DNA of 40,370 nucleotides from Balneolaceae bacterium. GTDB lineage: Bacteria; Bacteroidota; Rhodothermia; Balneolales; Balneolaceae. Below are positions 9,143-18,353 of the stretch, piece by piece. Location of the stretch: positions 1-40,370 of the forward strand of contig DASQZL010000110.1 of the NCBI GenBank assembly GCA_035638715.1, given 5' to 3'. Below the pieces are notes generated by a model. That model did no database searches and was not told where the DNA came from. It worked only from the letters and a program-made list of their open reading frames with translations. Position 1 is the first letter of the stretch, and the number at the start of each line of letters is the position of its first letter. A program made the position numbers and the translations under genes.

Positions 9143-10183
9143 TCACCCCGCCTGTTTTACGGGAGATTCTAAGACTTTAATTATTCCCTGCCCTGAATCC
9201 ATCTGCGCTTTGACACCTATGGGCAACGTGAAGATATTCTTTATATGTCCAATATTTGCGCCGGAGTAAGCCGGGATGTCGTACTTTTTTAAATGCTGGC
9301 TCAACACTTGATTCAGTGTAAAATGGCGTCCTTTGCTCATTTTACAATCCGAACATTTGCCAAATACAAAACCGTTGATTTTTTCAAATACCCCATTTAG
9401 CTGAAGCTGTGTGAGCATCCGGTCAATGCGATAAATATCTTCTCCGACATCCTCCAAAAAAAGGATGCCATTCTCCCAGTCAGGCAGGTAATCTGAACCC
9501 AGCATAGAGGTAAGCACCGTTAAATTTCCACCCAAAAGTGTGCCTGTAGCCGTTCCTTTACGAAGCGTTTTAACTGCATTATTATTTTTGCTCGATCCTT
9601 TATTTTTCATCACGAAAGGACGAGCATCCATTAGCGCTTTTTTGAAATACCTTCTGTTAAAAGGCGTCAATTCCCACTCGCCCAGCGGGCCGTGAAAAGT
9701 TACCAGTCCGGACCTGGCATAAATCGAAAGTAAAAGAGCGGTGATATCACTGAATCCAAGTAGAATTTTGGGATGATGGCGAATAAGATCGAAATCAATA
9801 TAAGGAAGTATTCGATCGGAGCCCCAGCCCCCTCTGAATGGTATGATAGCATCTACAGAGGTGTCAGCAAACATATTATTTAGATCTGACGCCCTATTTT
9901 TATCCGTTCCTGCAAAATAGCCATAATGATCGCGTGCATGGGCTCCCACTTTTACCTTGAAACCAAATCTCTCAAACTTTTTAACAATTTTTCCGTATTG
10001 CCTTTCATGAGGCAGGCTGAAACCCGGACTAATCATCCCAATGGTATCCCCCTTTTTAAGGGCTTTAGGCTTTGTTACAGATTTTTGGAATGTATTTTTG
10101 GCTGATATCTGCCTCACCCCTAAAAATGACATTCCAAGTCCGGCCGCAATCGTCTGTAAAAATTTTTTCCTGTTTTGAGCCAT
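9143..10183 (-). CDS. LD-carboxypeptidase (peptidase S66, LdcA-like) with an N-terminal signal-like segment
   Basis: GFSDITAL nucleophile-Ser motif, a later E…H context (GANIGHI), and a size typical of S66. The N-terminus MAQNRKKFLQTIAAGLGMSFLG looks like an export signal. Confidence 0.82.
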   Translation of the reverse strand: MAQNRKKFLQTIAAGLGMSFLGVRQISAKNTFQKSVTKPKALKKGDTIGMISPGFSLPHERQYGKIVKKFERFGFKVKVGAHARDHYGYFAGTDKNRASDLNNMFADTSVDAIIPFRGGWGSDRILPYIDFDLIRHHPKILLGFSDITALLLSIYARSGLVTFHGPLGEWELTPFNRRYFKKALMDARPFVMKNKGSSKNNNAVKTLRKGTATGTLLGGNLTVLTSMLGSDYLPDWENGILFLEDVGEDIYRIDRMLTQLQLNGVFEKINGFVFGKCSDCKMSKGRHFTLNQVLSQHLKKYDIPAYSGANIGHIKNIFTLPIGVKAQMDSGQGIIKVLESPVKQAG

Positions 10184-10185
10184 AT

Positions 10186-10785
10186 TTAGATATCGGTATA
10201 TAGATTTTCTTTTTTTATAAATGATAATACGGGAGCAGGCACCAGGTGGTCGATAGGTTTTCCCTGTGCCACTCTTTGTCGTATTTCGGTTGAGGAAACC
10301 TGAACCGGTTCGTGATCAATAAATATTGAATGGCTAAAGAGTTTTTTATTGATCGTTTCTTTCTCTACATCCGGTCGGTTGGCAACCAGCAGCAAACAAT
10401 GATCAAGAATTTCCCGCCACTTGTGCCATGTCTGAAATGAATAGAAGGAATCCTGGCCTATACAGAGGAAAAATTCCCGTTCGGGATACGAATTTTCCAA
10501 ATAAGTTATGGTTTGAATGGTATAAGTCGGTTGGGGCAGGCGGGTCTCTAAATCACTGACAAGAGTATGTTCTATTGATTGAAAGGCTTCCTGTAACATT
10601 TTCAGCCGGAACTGGTAAGGCGCAAATTTTTCATCCGGCTTGTGCGGTGGAGAAGGATTTAATAAAATCCAAAGCGCATCAATATAATCACTGTTTAGAA
10701 AAGATTTTGCTATGGCAACATGACCGTTGTGTACAGGATTAAAAGTCCCCCCAAAAACGCCAATACGCTGTGGCTTTTCCTCCAT
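10186..10785 (-). CDS. nadD: Nicotinate-nucleotide adenylyltransferase
   Basis: GGTFNPVHNGH (HxGH nucleotidyltransferase motif) and C-terminal SSTEIR. Confidence 0.92.
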   Translation of the reverse strand: MEEKPQRIGVFGGTFNPVHNGHVAIAKSFLNSDYIDALWILLNPSPPHKPDEKFAPYQFRLKMLQEAFQSIEHTLVSDLETRLPQPTYTIQTITYLENSYPEREFFLCIGQDSFYSFQTWHKWREILDHCLLLVANRPDVEKETINKKLFSHSIFIDHEPVQVSSTEIRQRVAQGKPIDHLVPAPVLSFIKKENLYTDI

Positions 10786-10794
10786 AAATGATTG

Positions 10795-11649
10795 TTAGTT
10801 GACCGAACTCGTTTTTTTAGCCGATTGCGGCTTTAGATCGGCCAATGCCGCCTTGGCTTTTTGTACATTTTTCTTAGCCTGGGCACGATGCTTGCCCTTG
10901 GGAAATAACTGCAAATACTGTTGGTAGGCGTCAACAGCTTTCTTATAGCGTTTCCGCTTACTTGATGGCACACTTCGACTCGCATATTCTACATAGGCAG
11001 CTATTTTTCGCACCACCGCCTGTTCGGCCCACGATGTGCCGGGATATTGGTCGACCGTTAAATTGTAATATATAATAGCAGCTTTATATTGATCCAACCG
11101 CAGGTAAAGCTGTGCGGCGTTATAGTACTTATGTGCCAGTTTTGTGCGCATCTTTGTTACATATTTACCCGCTACATCGGCGCTGTCAGAATTGGGATAT
11201 TTCGAAATAAAAAGATTGAATTTCTGTATGGCCTTGTGCGTATTGGTCTGGTCAATATTGTACCGCGGACTTAATTTGTAATAGCTTTTTGCTTCCATGA
11301 AAGACGCCCGCTGCGTCCGCGAAGACTTTGGATACAGATTAATAAAACGATCATAAGCATTGGCTGCGAGTAGATATTGATCACTTTTAAAATAAGAATC
11401 TGCCAAATAATAATGCGCATTTTTAGCGTAATTTGTTCCCCGTCCTGCATTAATAACAGTTTTAAATGCCTTTGCTGCATCACGGTAATGATTGCTCTGA
11501 TACATCTTGAATGCTTTTTGATAAGCAACCTGGATGGAGTCACCCGGTTTGATTAAGGCTTCATGGGAACAACCCGTATATAAAAAAATTAAGGCCAAAA
11601 GACCTAAAATCAGTTTCCAGTTGTTACGCTTTTGCAATGAAGAAATCAA
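10795..11649 (-). CDS. bamD: Outer-membrane assembly lipoprotein BamD/YfiO (TPR-like)
   Basis: Lipobox LYTGCS. Repeated TPR-like Y/A-rich helical pairs (…AHYYLADSYFKSDQYLLA…). Size and basic tail are typical of BamD. Confidence 0.78.
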   Translation of the reverse strand: MISSLQKRNNWKLILGLLALIFLYTGCSHEALIKPGDSIQVAYQKAFKMYQSNHYRDAAKAFKTVINAGRGTNYAKNAHYYLADSYFKSDQYLLAANAYDRFINLYPKSSRTQRASFMEAKSYYKLSPRYNIDQTNTHKAIQKFNLFISKYPNSDSADVAGKYVTKMRTKLAHKYYNAAQLYLRLDQYKAAIIYYNLTVDQYPGTSWAEQAVVRKIAAYVEYASRSVPSSKRKRYKKAVDAYQQYLQLFPKGKHRAQAKKNVQKAKAALADLKPQSAKKTSSVN

Positions 11650-11924
11650 TATATTCTTTTTTAAAATTTAGTAGAAATAATTTAGATATGAATGCTAAAA
11701 ACGATATTAAGAAAAGACCTAAATATGGTATATCATCGTATGGGGACTAATGTAACAATAACATAACGTATTTTTAAGGATAAAATTTTAATCGAATAAG
11801 CTGCTTCTGTGAGCATATAAACTATCAATATACCTGTCTTTTATAAAAATCGTTTTAAAATTATTTGCAGCATGATATTGATTAACACGAATCGACTAAT
11901 ATAAAAAATTTTATTCAACTTCTT

Positions 11925-12959
11925 CTAACTTCGTTTTGATTTCATCCGGACGTGCCCGGGAATCAAATCATCAAGGCAATTGCATCCGAGGAGCGTCATA
12001 ATAATTTTCAATTGGCGTTTCCATCGTTGAACCAAACTTTCCAAGCCTTCATACCCTCCCTGGTCCACCGCTTTAATTATCGGCCCGGCAGCAGCACAAA
12101 AGTCTGCCCCCAGGCAAAAGGCTTTAGCAATATCAAAACTACTACGGATACCGCCGGAGGCAATAACGCTAAACTCATATTCATTTTTCAGTTGCACCAC
12201 TTGCTCGAGAGCTTCAGCTGTTGGGATACCCCATTCATCGAACATCGTATCCGGATTTTGATTGGAGGGGCGCCGGTTTTCAACCTTGGACCAGCTCGTC
12301 CCTCCTGCCCCGGCTATATCAATTACATCAACATTGTTTTGAAGCAGTCGTTCAGCAACGGCACCCGAAATGCCTGCACCGGTTTCCTTCACAAAAATAG
12401 GCAGATTGCTTTCCTCCTTAAGCTGACGAATTCCATCTTCAATACCTTTGAAATTCCGGTCGCCTTCAGGCTGCATTAATTCCTGCAGCGGGTTCAGGTG
12501 AACAATGATGGCATCAGCACGAATACTTTGTACAAGCAATTCACGATTTTCTTTTGATAACCCGTCGATAAGCTGTGCACCACCGATATTTGAGGCAATA
12601 AAAGCAGTGGGAGCTTTTTCACGGACGATTGAGAAACTCTCAATCGTACTTTCGTCCTCCAGCATCACACGCTGGCTGCCCACCCCAAATGGCAGATTGT
12701 ATGCTTCGCAAAATTCTGCCAAAACCGCATTGACGGCTGTTCCGTCTATATAGCCGCCGGTCATCGAAGAAATAAACAATGGGAAGGAATAAGTTCGTCC
12801 CAGGAAGGAGGCTTCAGTTGAAACTTTATCAATATCAACTTCGGGGAGGGCATTATGAACAAAATCATAATGGGCAAATCCTGTATCACGCTTATAATTC
12901 ATATCGCCCCCCACTGTCAGGTCAACATGATCCTTTTTTCGTTGTTTGATATTACTCAT
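11925..12959 (-). CDS. fni: Type 2 (FMN-dependent) isopentenyl-diphosphate delta-isomerase
   Basis: N-terminal RKKDHVDL, SSMTGG, VKETGAGIS and AGAGGTSW segments characteristic of IDI-2 TIM-barrel enzymes. Confidence 0.9.
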   Translation of the reverse strand: MSNIKQRKKDHVDLTVGGDMNYKRDTGFAHYDFVHNALPEVDIDKVSTEASFLGRTYSFPLFISSMTGGYIDGTAVNAVLAEFCEAYNLPFGVGSQRVMLEDESTIESFSIVREKAPTAFIASNIGGAQLIDGLSKENRELLVQSIRADAIIVHLNPLQELMQPEGDRNFKGIEDGIRQLKEESNLPIFVKETGAGISGAVAERLLQNNVDVIDIAGAGGTSWSKVENRRPSNQNPDTMFDEWGIPTAEALEQVVQLKNEYEFSVIASGGIRSSFDIAKAFCLGADFCAAAGPIIKAVDQGGYEGLESLVQRWKRQLKIIMTLLGCNCLDDLIPGHVRMKSKRS

Positions 12960-13019
12960 AAGTTGTAATGACTTTTATGAAATATACCTCATATTACTGT
13001 GCAACATATCACTGTTCAG

Positions 13020-14042
13020 TCATGATTCCGAGCGTTTTACCCGCACAGCATGATAGCCTTCTTCGGCGAGCCAAAAACCTACTCCCGGGATGGCAGTAAT
13101 AATTTCCTGCACCCGTGTAGCTAACGAGATGGCAATGAGTTCAGAGGGTGACAACCCTATAAAAGCGGATAGTAAAGCATAGACACTTTCCTGTATGCCT
13201 AATCCACCCCAAATAACAAAAGCTGCACTTCGAACACCAAAGGTTATCAGCCGAAGTGTTACGGCATCTATGATGTTTATCGGGGTATTCATCAGCCACG
13301 CTGCGAACCAAATTTCGCTTGCCATTGCAATATCGCCTGCAACCCGTATCACAACAGAAATGATAAAATTCCGGGGATGACGGTAAATCCCATCAAGGTG
13401 CTGTTCTATTTCATCTGCTTTTTCCCGGGCCGAGGATAAAAATCCACCGTCCTTTCCCGACCATTTTTCAAGCACTTTGGAAACGCCGGATGAACGCTGC
13501 AGGCGAATAAAAAAATAGGTCCCTACAGCAAGGATTAAACAAATGGAAGGGATTAAAATTAAAATTTTTTCATTCACCGACTGCGTTAACATCAATAACA
13601 TCCCTAATATCAAAATAACGATTGTCGAAACGGCGTGAGCGGTTTTATCTGCTATCAGGGATGAAATCGTTGTAGTATTATCCACATTTCTGTTATTCAG
13701 AAAACTACCACGTACGAAAATACCACCGATAGTGGCTGTCGGCAGTAGCCGGTTGATTGACTGGGCAAACCAGAATCCCCGGATAAACAGGCTGTCGCGG
13801 GGCAGATTCTTGCCGGGGAATACAAATTTCCATCCGTAAGCACGGGAGCACAATTCAAATGGATAAAAAAGGGCCAACAGTAATAAGGCAGGTCCGCCCT
13901 TTGCAATAGCTTTGGAAAATTTGGAAAAGCCGGTCCACCAGATTAATACGATCAGAATAATGATACCCGCCGCTACGCCAATTACTGATGATATTCTGCT
14001 CCAGGATGGTCCGGAGTTCTGACTTTGTTGTTGGTTGCTCAT
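13020..14042 (-). CDS. Flippase-like membrane protein (lysyl-PG-synthase TM region / UPF0104 family), HpnL-like
   Basis: 340-aa polytopic protein with the family-typical N-terminal helix followed by a …FELCSRAYGWKFVF… segment and LLPTATIGGIFVRG. The HpnL assignment rests on context, since hopanoid genes lie on both sides. Confidence 0.6.
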   Translation of the reverse strand: MSNQQQSQNSGPSWSRISSVIGVAAGIIILIVLIWWTGFSKFSKAIAKGGPALLLLALFYPFELCSRAYGWKFVFPGKNLPRDSLFIRGFWFAQSINRLLPTATIGGIFVRGSFLNNRNVDNTTTISSLIADKTAHAVSTIVILILGMLLMLTQSVNEKILILIPSICLILAVGTYFFIRLQRSSGVSKVLEKWSGKDGGFLSSAREKADEIEQHLDGIYRHPRNFIISVVIRVAGDIAMASEIWFAAWLMNTPINIIDAVTLRLITFGVRSAAFVIWGGLGIQESVYALLSAFIGLSPSELIAISLATRVQEIITAIPGVGFWLAEEGYHAVRVKRSES

Positions 14043-14089
14043 TATTTATGGCATGATCAATAAATATACCTGTAAAGGAAAATAGGCAA

Positions 14090-15487
14090 TTAACCACTCA
14101 CTGCAAAGCGGGTTAAGTGACGGGCTGTCGTCCATATAGGGCCTCCAATACTATGCACTTCATCCAGGGTTTCCTCAAAAGCTTCGAGGAACCAGTCAGC
14201 GTCACCTTTATTAATCATTAACGGGGGGAGAATTTTTATGATGTCAACGTTATGAGCTGCAACCTGCGTTAAAATGTGATGATCTTCAATAAGTGGCATG
14301 ATAATGGCCTGCGGGAATAATGATTGATTCGTCGGATGCATCATCTTCCACGCCGCTCTGTAGCGCAGGGCCTTGGGTTTGCCAAACTCAATACCAATCA
14401 TCAGCCCTTTGCCCCGGACTTCCTTAAGGAAATCATACTTTGGAATCATTGCGCGAAGCTTCTCAAGCATATATTCACCGGTTTTTTGAGCATTTTGCGG
14501 CAGGTTTTCCGATTCGGTTACTGCCAGGCTTCCCAAACCGCAGGCCATGGGCAGGCCTCCGCCTCCGAAGGTTGATGAGTGAACTTTACCCCGATCCATA
14601 CTTGAGTAAACCGAATGATAGATTTCATCCCGCATCAGCACCGCACCAACGGGCACCATGCCGCCGGAAAGCGATTTCGAGACTAATACCATATCAGGTT
14701 CAAGGTCCGGTACATGCTGATAACAGAATAATTTTCCTGTGCGTCCCATACCGGTCTGAATTTCATCCATGATGAAAACGGCATCATGCTTATTACACAA
14801 TTTCTGGACGCCCAGCATATATTCAGCGTTAGCCGGGTAAACGCCTTTCCCCTGAATGGGTTCTAAAATCACGCCGGCGATGTCATTTTTTTGAAATGCC
14901 CGTTCAAGGGCATCCAGATTGTTCAGCGGAACATTTACAGGACCGGGCAGAAAGCTGACGAATCCATCCTTAAAATTACTCGAACCATTAATCGACAATG
15001 ATCCGTAAGTGAGTCCGTGAAAGGCATGTTCGCAGTACACTACTTTTTCTTTGCCGGTCGTTGCACGACAAAATTTTAAAGCTGTTTCCACGCATTCCGT
15101 ACCGGAATTACCGAAGTACACTTTATCGAGATGTGGAACTTTCTCCAGCAGGGCTTCAGCAAGAAGGCCGGTCAATGGATTGGTCCCCATCGCCAATTTC
15201 CAGGTATCGTTAAGCTCGAGATAATCGTTTATGACCTCTTTTATGACCGGATGATTGCGACCCATATTGAACATGCCAAAACCGGAAAGAAAATCGAGAT
15301 ATTTTTCTCCTTTATCATCCCAGAGATAAGCTCCCCGCCCTTCTACATAGTTACGGTTGAACCCGATAGTTTTAAGTACTTTTGAAAATACGGGGTTGAC
15401 GTGCTTTTTATAAAGATCAGAATTTTTGTCGCGGTTTTCCTCAACCAGTTTTTTTAAGTCGAATCCGCCAGTGCTGGATTTATTCAT
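14090..15487 (-). CDS. Class-III PLP aminotransferase (ornithine/putrescine aminotransferase-like), HpnO-like by context
   Basis: GNSGTECVETALKF, DEIQTGMGRTGK, the Schiff-base lysine context VSKSLSGG, and HSSTFGG. The family call is firm; the hopanoid substrate is inferred from context. Confidence 0.8.
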   Translation of the reverse strand: MNKSSTGGFDLKKLVEENRDKNSDLYKKHVNPVFSKVLKTIGFNRNYVEGRGAYLWDDKGEKYLDFLSGFGMFNMGRNHPVIKEVINDYLELNDTWKLAMGTNPLTGLLAEALLEKVPHLDKVYFGNSGTECVETALKFCRATTGKEKVVYCEHAFHGLTYGSLSINGSSNFKDGFVSFLPGPVNVPLNNLDALERAFQKNDIAGVILEPIQGKGVYPANAEYMLGVQKLCNKHDAVFIMDEIQTGMGRTGKLFCYQHVPDLEPDMVLVSKSLSGGMVPVGAVLMRDEIYHSVYSSMDRGKVHSSTFGGGGLPMACGLGSLAVTESENLPQNAQKTGEYMLEKLRAMIPKYDFLKEVRGKGLMIGIEFGKPKALRYRAAWKMMHPTNQSLFPQAIIMPLIEDHHILTQVAAHNVDIIKILPPLMINKGDADWFLEAFEETLDEVHSIGGPIWTTARHLTRFAVSG

Positions 15488-15783
15488 AAAATATAATTAC
15501 CTCAATAGGGTTGAAAAACAAGATATATATTGAATTAAAGATAACAAAAATCATTATTGCTTGTGCAACTTTTTCTGGAATCCGATTTCTGTTTTTCAAT
15601 TATACAGCCAGTTTCGTACCTTCCTGAAAGATCATCCAGAATATTCAGCTTTTTAGTAGCTGCAAACTTTCATTTTAATAAAATTGCAGCATTTGTAGTC
15701 GAAGATATCTCTAATCAGTCCGTTTTTTTTATTATTTTCAGATAAAAGTTTCATAGCCGAACCTGTCTAAAATTACTGGTAAA

Positions 15784-16914
15784 ATGAAAGAAAATCTCCG
15801 CTTCCCGTCACCTGAATTATCACAGCATCCACTAATGGGGGCAAGGCTGGGAAATCTCTTTCAGCTGTTTTCGCAACAGCAGGGAGTGCTACCTTCTAAG
15901 TGGCCTTTTGTCCTGGCTTTTATGGGGTCTGCACTGGCACGCAGCCCCTTTTCGATGATTGACCGGTGGATTGCATCCCGGAAAAAAGCGGTAGAAAATT
16001 TGGAACCCCCGGTTTTTATTGTCGGATACTGGCGATCCGGAACGACCCATTTGCATAATTTACTGGGTCAGTCGCCGGACCTCGGTATCATCACCCCGCT
16101 CGGAAGCGGCCTGCCCGATGAGTTGTTAACACTTGGCACATGGTTTGAGCCGTTGCTCCAAAAAGGGCTGCCCGAAGATCGTGGCGTTGACCGTGTAGCT
16201 GTTAACCCCCAATCTCCACAGGAGGATGAAATTCCGGTAGCGAACCTGCAGAAATTATCGGTTTTTCACGCTCTCTACTTTCCTGCCAATTTCCGCAAAA
16301 ATTTTAATCGGGGCGTTTTTTTTGATGATGTTTCTGATAATGAAATTGAAGAATGGAAATCCGCGATGCTCTATTTTATTGGCAAGGTAGCCATCCATCA
16401 GGATAAGCAACCCCTGCTGATAAAAAATCCCGTTTACACAACACGTATTCATCTGCTTCGCGATCTCTGGCCTAACGCTCGCTTCATCCATATATATCGG
16501 AATCCCTACCGGGTTTTTCGGTCAACAAAGTATTACTACCCTGAAATAATTGATGAACTGGGTCTGCAGGCCTACGACCCTGCGGAGATTGAACCCGTAA
16601 TTTTAAATTCTTACCCGAGAATGCTCAATAAATTGTATGAAGACACAAATGACTTGCCGGAAAATCAATTTGTTGAAGTACAATATGAAAAACTGGACGA
16701 AAATCCGGTAGAGGTGCTTAAGAAAATTTATCACCAGCTGAATTTACCGGGCGGCTGGGAAGCGGCAAAGTCCAGCACTGAAGCATATTTAAAATCTATT
16801 GCTGACTATCGCAAGAACACCTATTCGTATGCCCCCGAGGATTTTGAAAAAGTAAATGAAAATTGGGGCAAATATGTAAACAAATGGGGATATGATTTAC
16901 CTGATACAGAGTAA
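15784..16914 (+). CDS. PAPS-dependent sulfotransferase family protein (paralog 1)
   Basis: 5'-phosphosulfate-binding loop GYWRSGTTHL (RSGTT at 16033..16047). FIHIYRNPYRVFRS is the region where a 3'-phosphate-binding motif would be expected. Clearly paralogous to 17166..18353. Confidence 0.8.
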   Translation: MKENLRFPSPELSQHPLMGARLGNLFQLFSQQQGVLPSKWPFVLAFMGSALARSPFSMIDRWIASRKKAVENLEPPVFIVGYWRSGTTHLHNLLGQSPDLGIITPLGSGLPDELLTLGTWFEPLLQKGLPEDRGVDRVAVNPQSPQEDEIPVANLQKLSVFHALYFPANFRKNFNRGVFFDDVSDNEIEEWKSAMLYFIGKVAIHQDKQPLLIKNPVYTTRIHLLRDLWPNARFIHIYRNPYRVFRSTKYYYPEIIDELGLQAYDPAEIEPVILNSYPRMLNKLYEDTNDLPENQFVEVQYEKLDENPVEVLKKIYHQLNLPGGWEAAKSSTEAYLKSIADYRKNTYSYAPEDFEKVNENWGKYVNKWGYDLPDTE

Positions 16915-17165
16915 TAGGAATATCTATTGAACCGTCCCCCATCTTCCGTAGCGGGCGAAAGTCTTAAAAACCTATGAAAATTCTCTGCTTGAGTGAGGCG
17001 TGGCTACTCCTGTGTGTTTTTATGGAGTCGGCAGACATTATGCCGTTGAATTGAACAGCAGAATTAAGTTTAACAGGATGAATATAAGAATTGCGCCTGT
17101 TATGTATCCCAAACTCAGGCTAACAGCTCCTTTCTTTCATAAAAGGCTAAAGAATCTCAAAATTG

Positions 17166-18353
17166 TCACGAAACGGCTGTATTTTTGACCTCCTCGTGCT
17201 GTAATGGATATAATTTTGTAGCATATCCAAATGCATCAAAACAATGGCCCCAGGCATCTGCAATTTTCCTTTTCTTGGCATTGGGCAGGCTGGGATAATT
17301 GTTGGTCTCATAGTCAGCGATAGATTCGATATATTCCAGCAAGCCAGGTTTAATTTCAGAAAAAGATTCCAATCCCAAATCGTGATAAATTTTTTCAATT
17401 GCCGCAACACGATTCTGAACGAGGTCCTCATAAGCCAACTGCGTTAGATTACCCTCCGGTATCAATGCTTTATCTTTTAAAAAAGTGTGATACATCTTTT
17501 TATATCGCCAAATGACGTAATCTTCCAACCCCTGCAGGTTCTTGGATTGATAACAGCAGTACGGCAGTGATTTCCGCTCCATCTTCATAGTAGATTGATA
17601 TACGCGATACGGGTTTCTGTAAATATGAATGAACTGCGCGTCCGGAAAAACCTCAAGCAATAATTGAATCTTAGCCGTATTAGTCGGAGCCTTGAAAAGT
17701 ATTGTAGCATCCGGATCACTTCGATATAACAGTTTTTGAGCAAATTTATAAAGCGCTTTTTTCCATTTCGTCCGTTGATTGCTACTGGCATCCTTAAGGC
17801 TTAGCATATATTTAAAATGATCACGGAATTCAGGGAAATAGCGGCTCATGTGGGTCGATAAGAATGTGCTGGAACAGAGTCCCCACTCCTCGCCAAGCGG
17901 CGAATCAGCAGAATGTTTTACTTTATCCTGGGGGCGTTCATCCGGGCTGAACCAAGAGGCAAGTTTATGGGCAATATTTTTGAATGTTAATAAAGTCTCA
18001 GGGAATAGTGTTTCGGTGACGGTTGGATATACAAATCGTTTATCATTTGTTAACAGTCGCCATAAATGTGTAGTTCCGCTTCGATGATGGCCAATGATAA
18101 AAATGGGAGATTTAACCTCAATCGATTCTAAATCCGATCGGTATTTTTTTTGCTCCCAATGAGCAAGTGCTGTATTCATAAGACTCATTGTCGTAGTAAA
18201 GGCGGTACGGGGCCAATATCGCGGGGGAATAGTGTTGCCATATTTTTTTAGAACCTTTTTCCATTCGCTGTAAACCGTTCCCGCCAACGGACTAAATATC
18301 CAGCGGGCAAGATTTCCGATAAGTTCCTGCCTCAATGACAATGTTATAGCCAT
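17166..18353 (-). CDS. PAPS-dependent sulfotransferase family protein (paralog 2)
   Basis: IIGHHRSGTTHLWRLL (RSGTT at 18069..18083, minus strand), FIHIYRNPYRVYQS and the C-terminal IADYETNNY, which parallels IADYRKNTY in paralog 1. Confidence 0.8.
   Translation of the reverse strand: MAITLSLRQELIGNLARWIFSPLAGTVYSEWKKVLKKYGNTIPPRYWPRTAFTTTMSLMNTALAHWEQKKYRSDLESIEVKSPIFIIGHHRSGTTHLWRLLTNDKRFVYPTVTETLFPETLLTFKNIAHKLASWFSPDERPQDKVKHSADSPLGEEWGLCSSTFLSTHMSRYFPEFRDHFKYMLSLKDASSNQRTKWKKALYKFAQKLLYRSDPDATILFKAPTNTAKIQLLLEVFPDAQFIHIYRNPYRVYQSTMKMERKSLPYCCYQSKNLQGLEDYVIWRYKKMYHTFLKDKALIPEGNLTQLAYEDLVQNRVAAIEKIYHDLGLESFSEIKPGLLEYIESIADYETNNYPSLPNAKKRKIADAWGHCFDAFGYATKLYPLQHEEVKNTAVS

Noticed and set aside
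11952-12479. 175-aa plus-strand ORF antisense to the IDI-2 gene.
   Set aside because: It is a shadow ORF opposite a motif-rich gene and has no motifs of its own.
15659-15690. 7-bp inverted repeat GCTGCAA…TTGCAGC in the divergent aminotransferase / sulfotransferase-1 spacer.
   Set aside because: It is too short, and the 18-nt spacer too long, to distinguish from chance in a 296-bp AT-rich region. It would be worth revisiting only if conserved.
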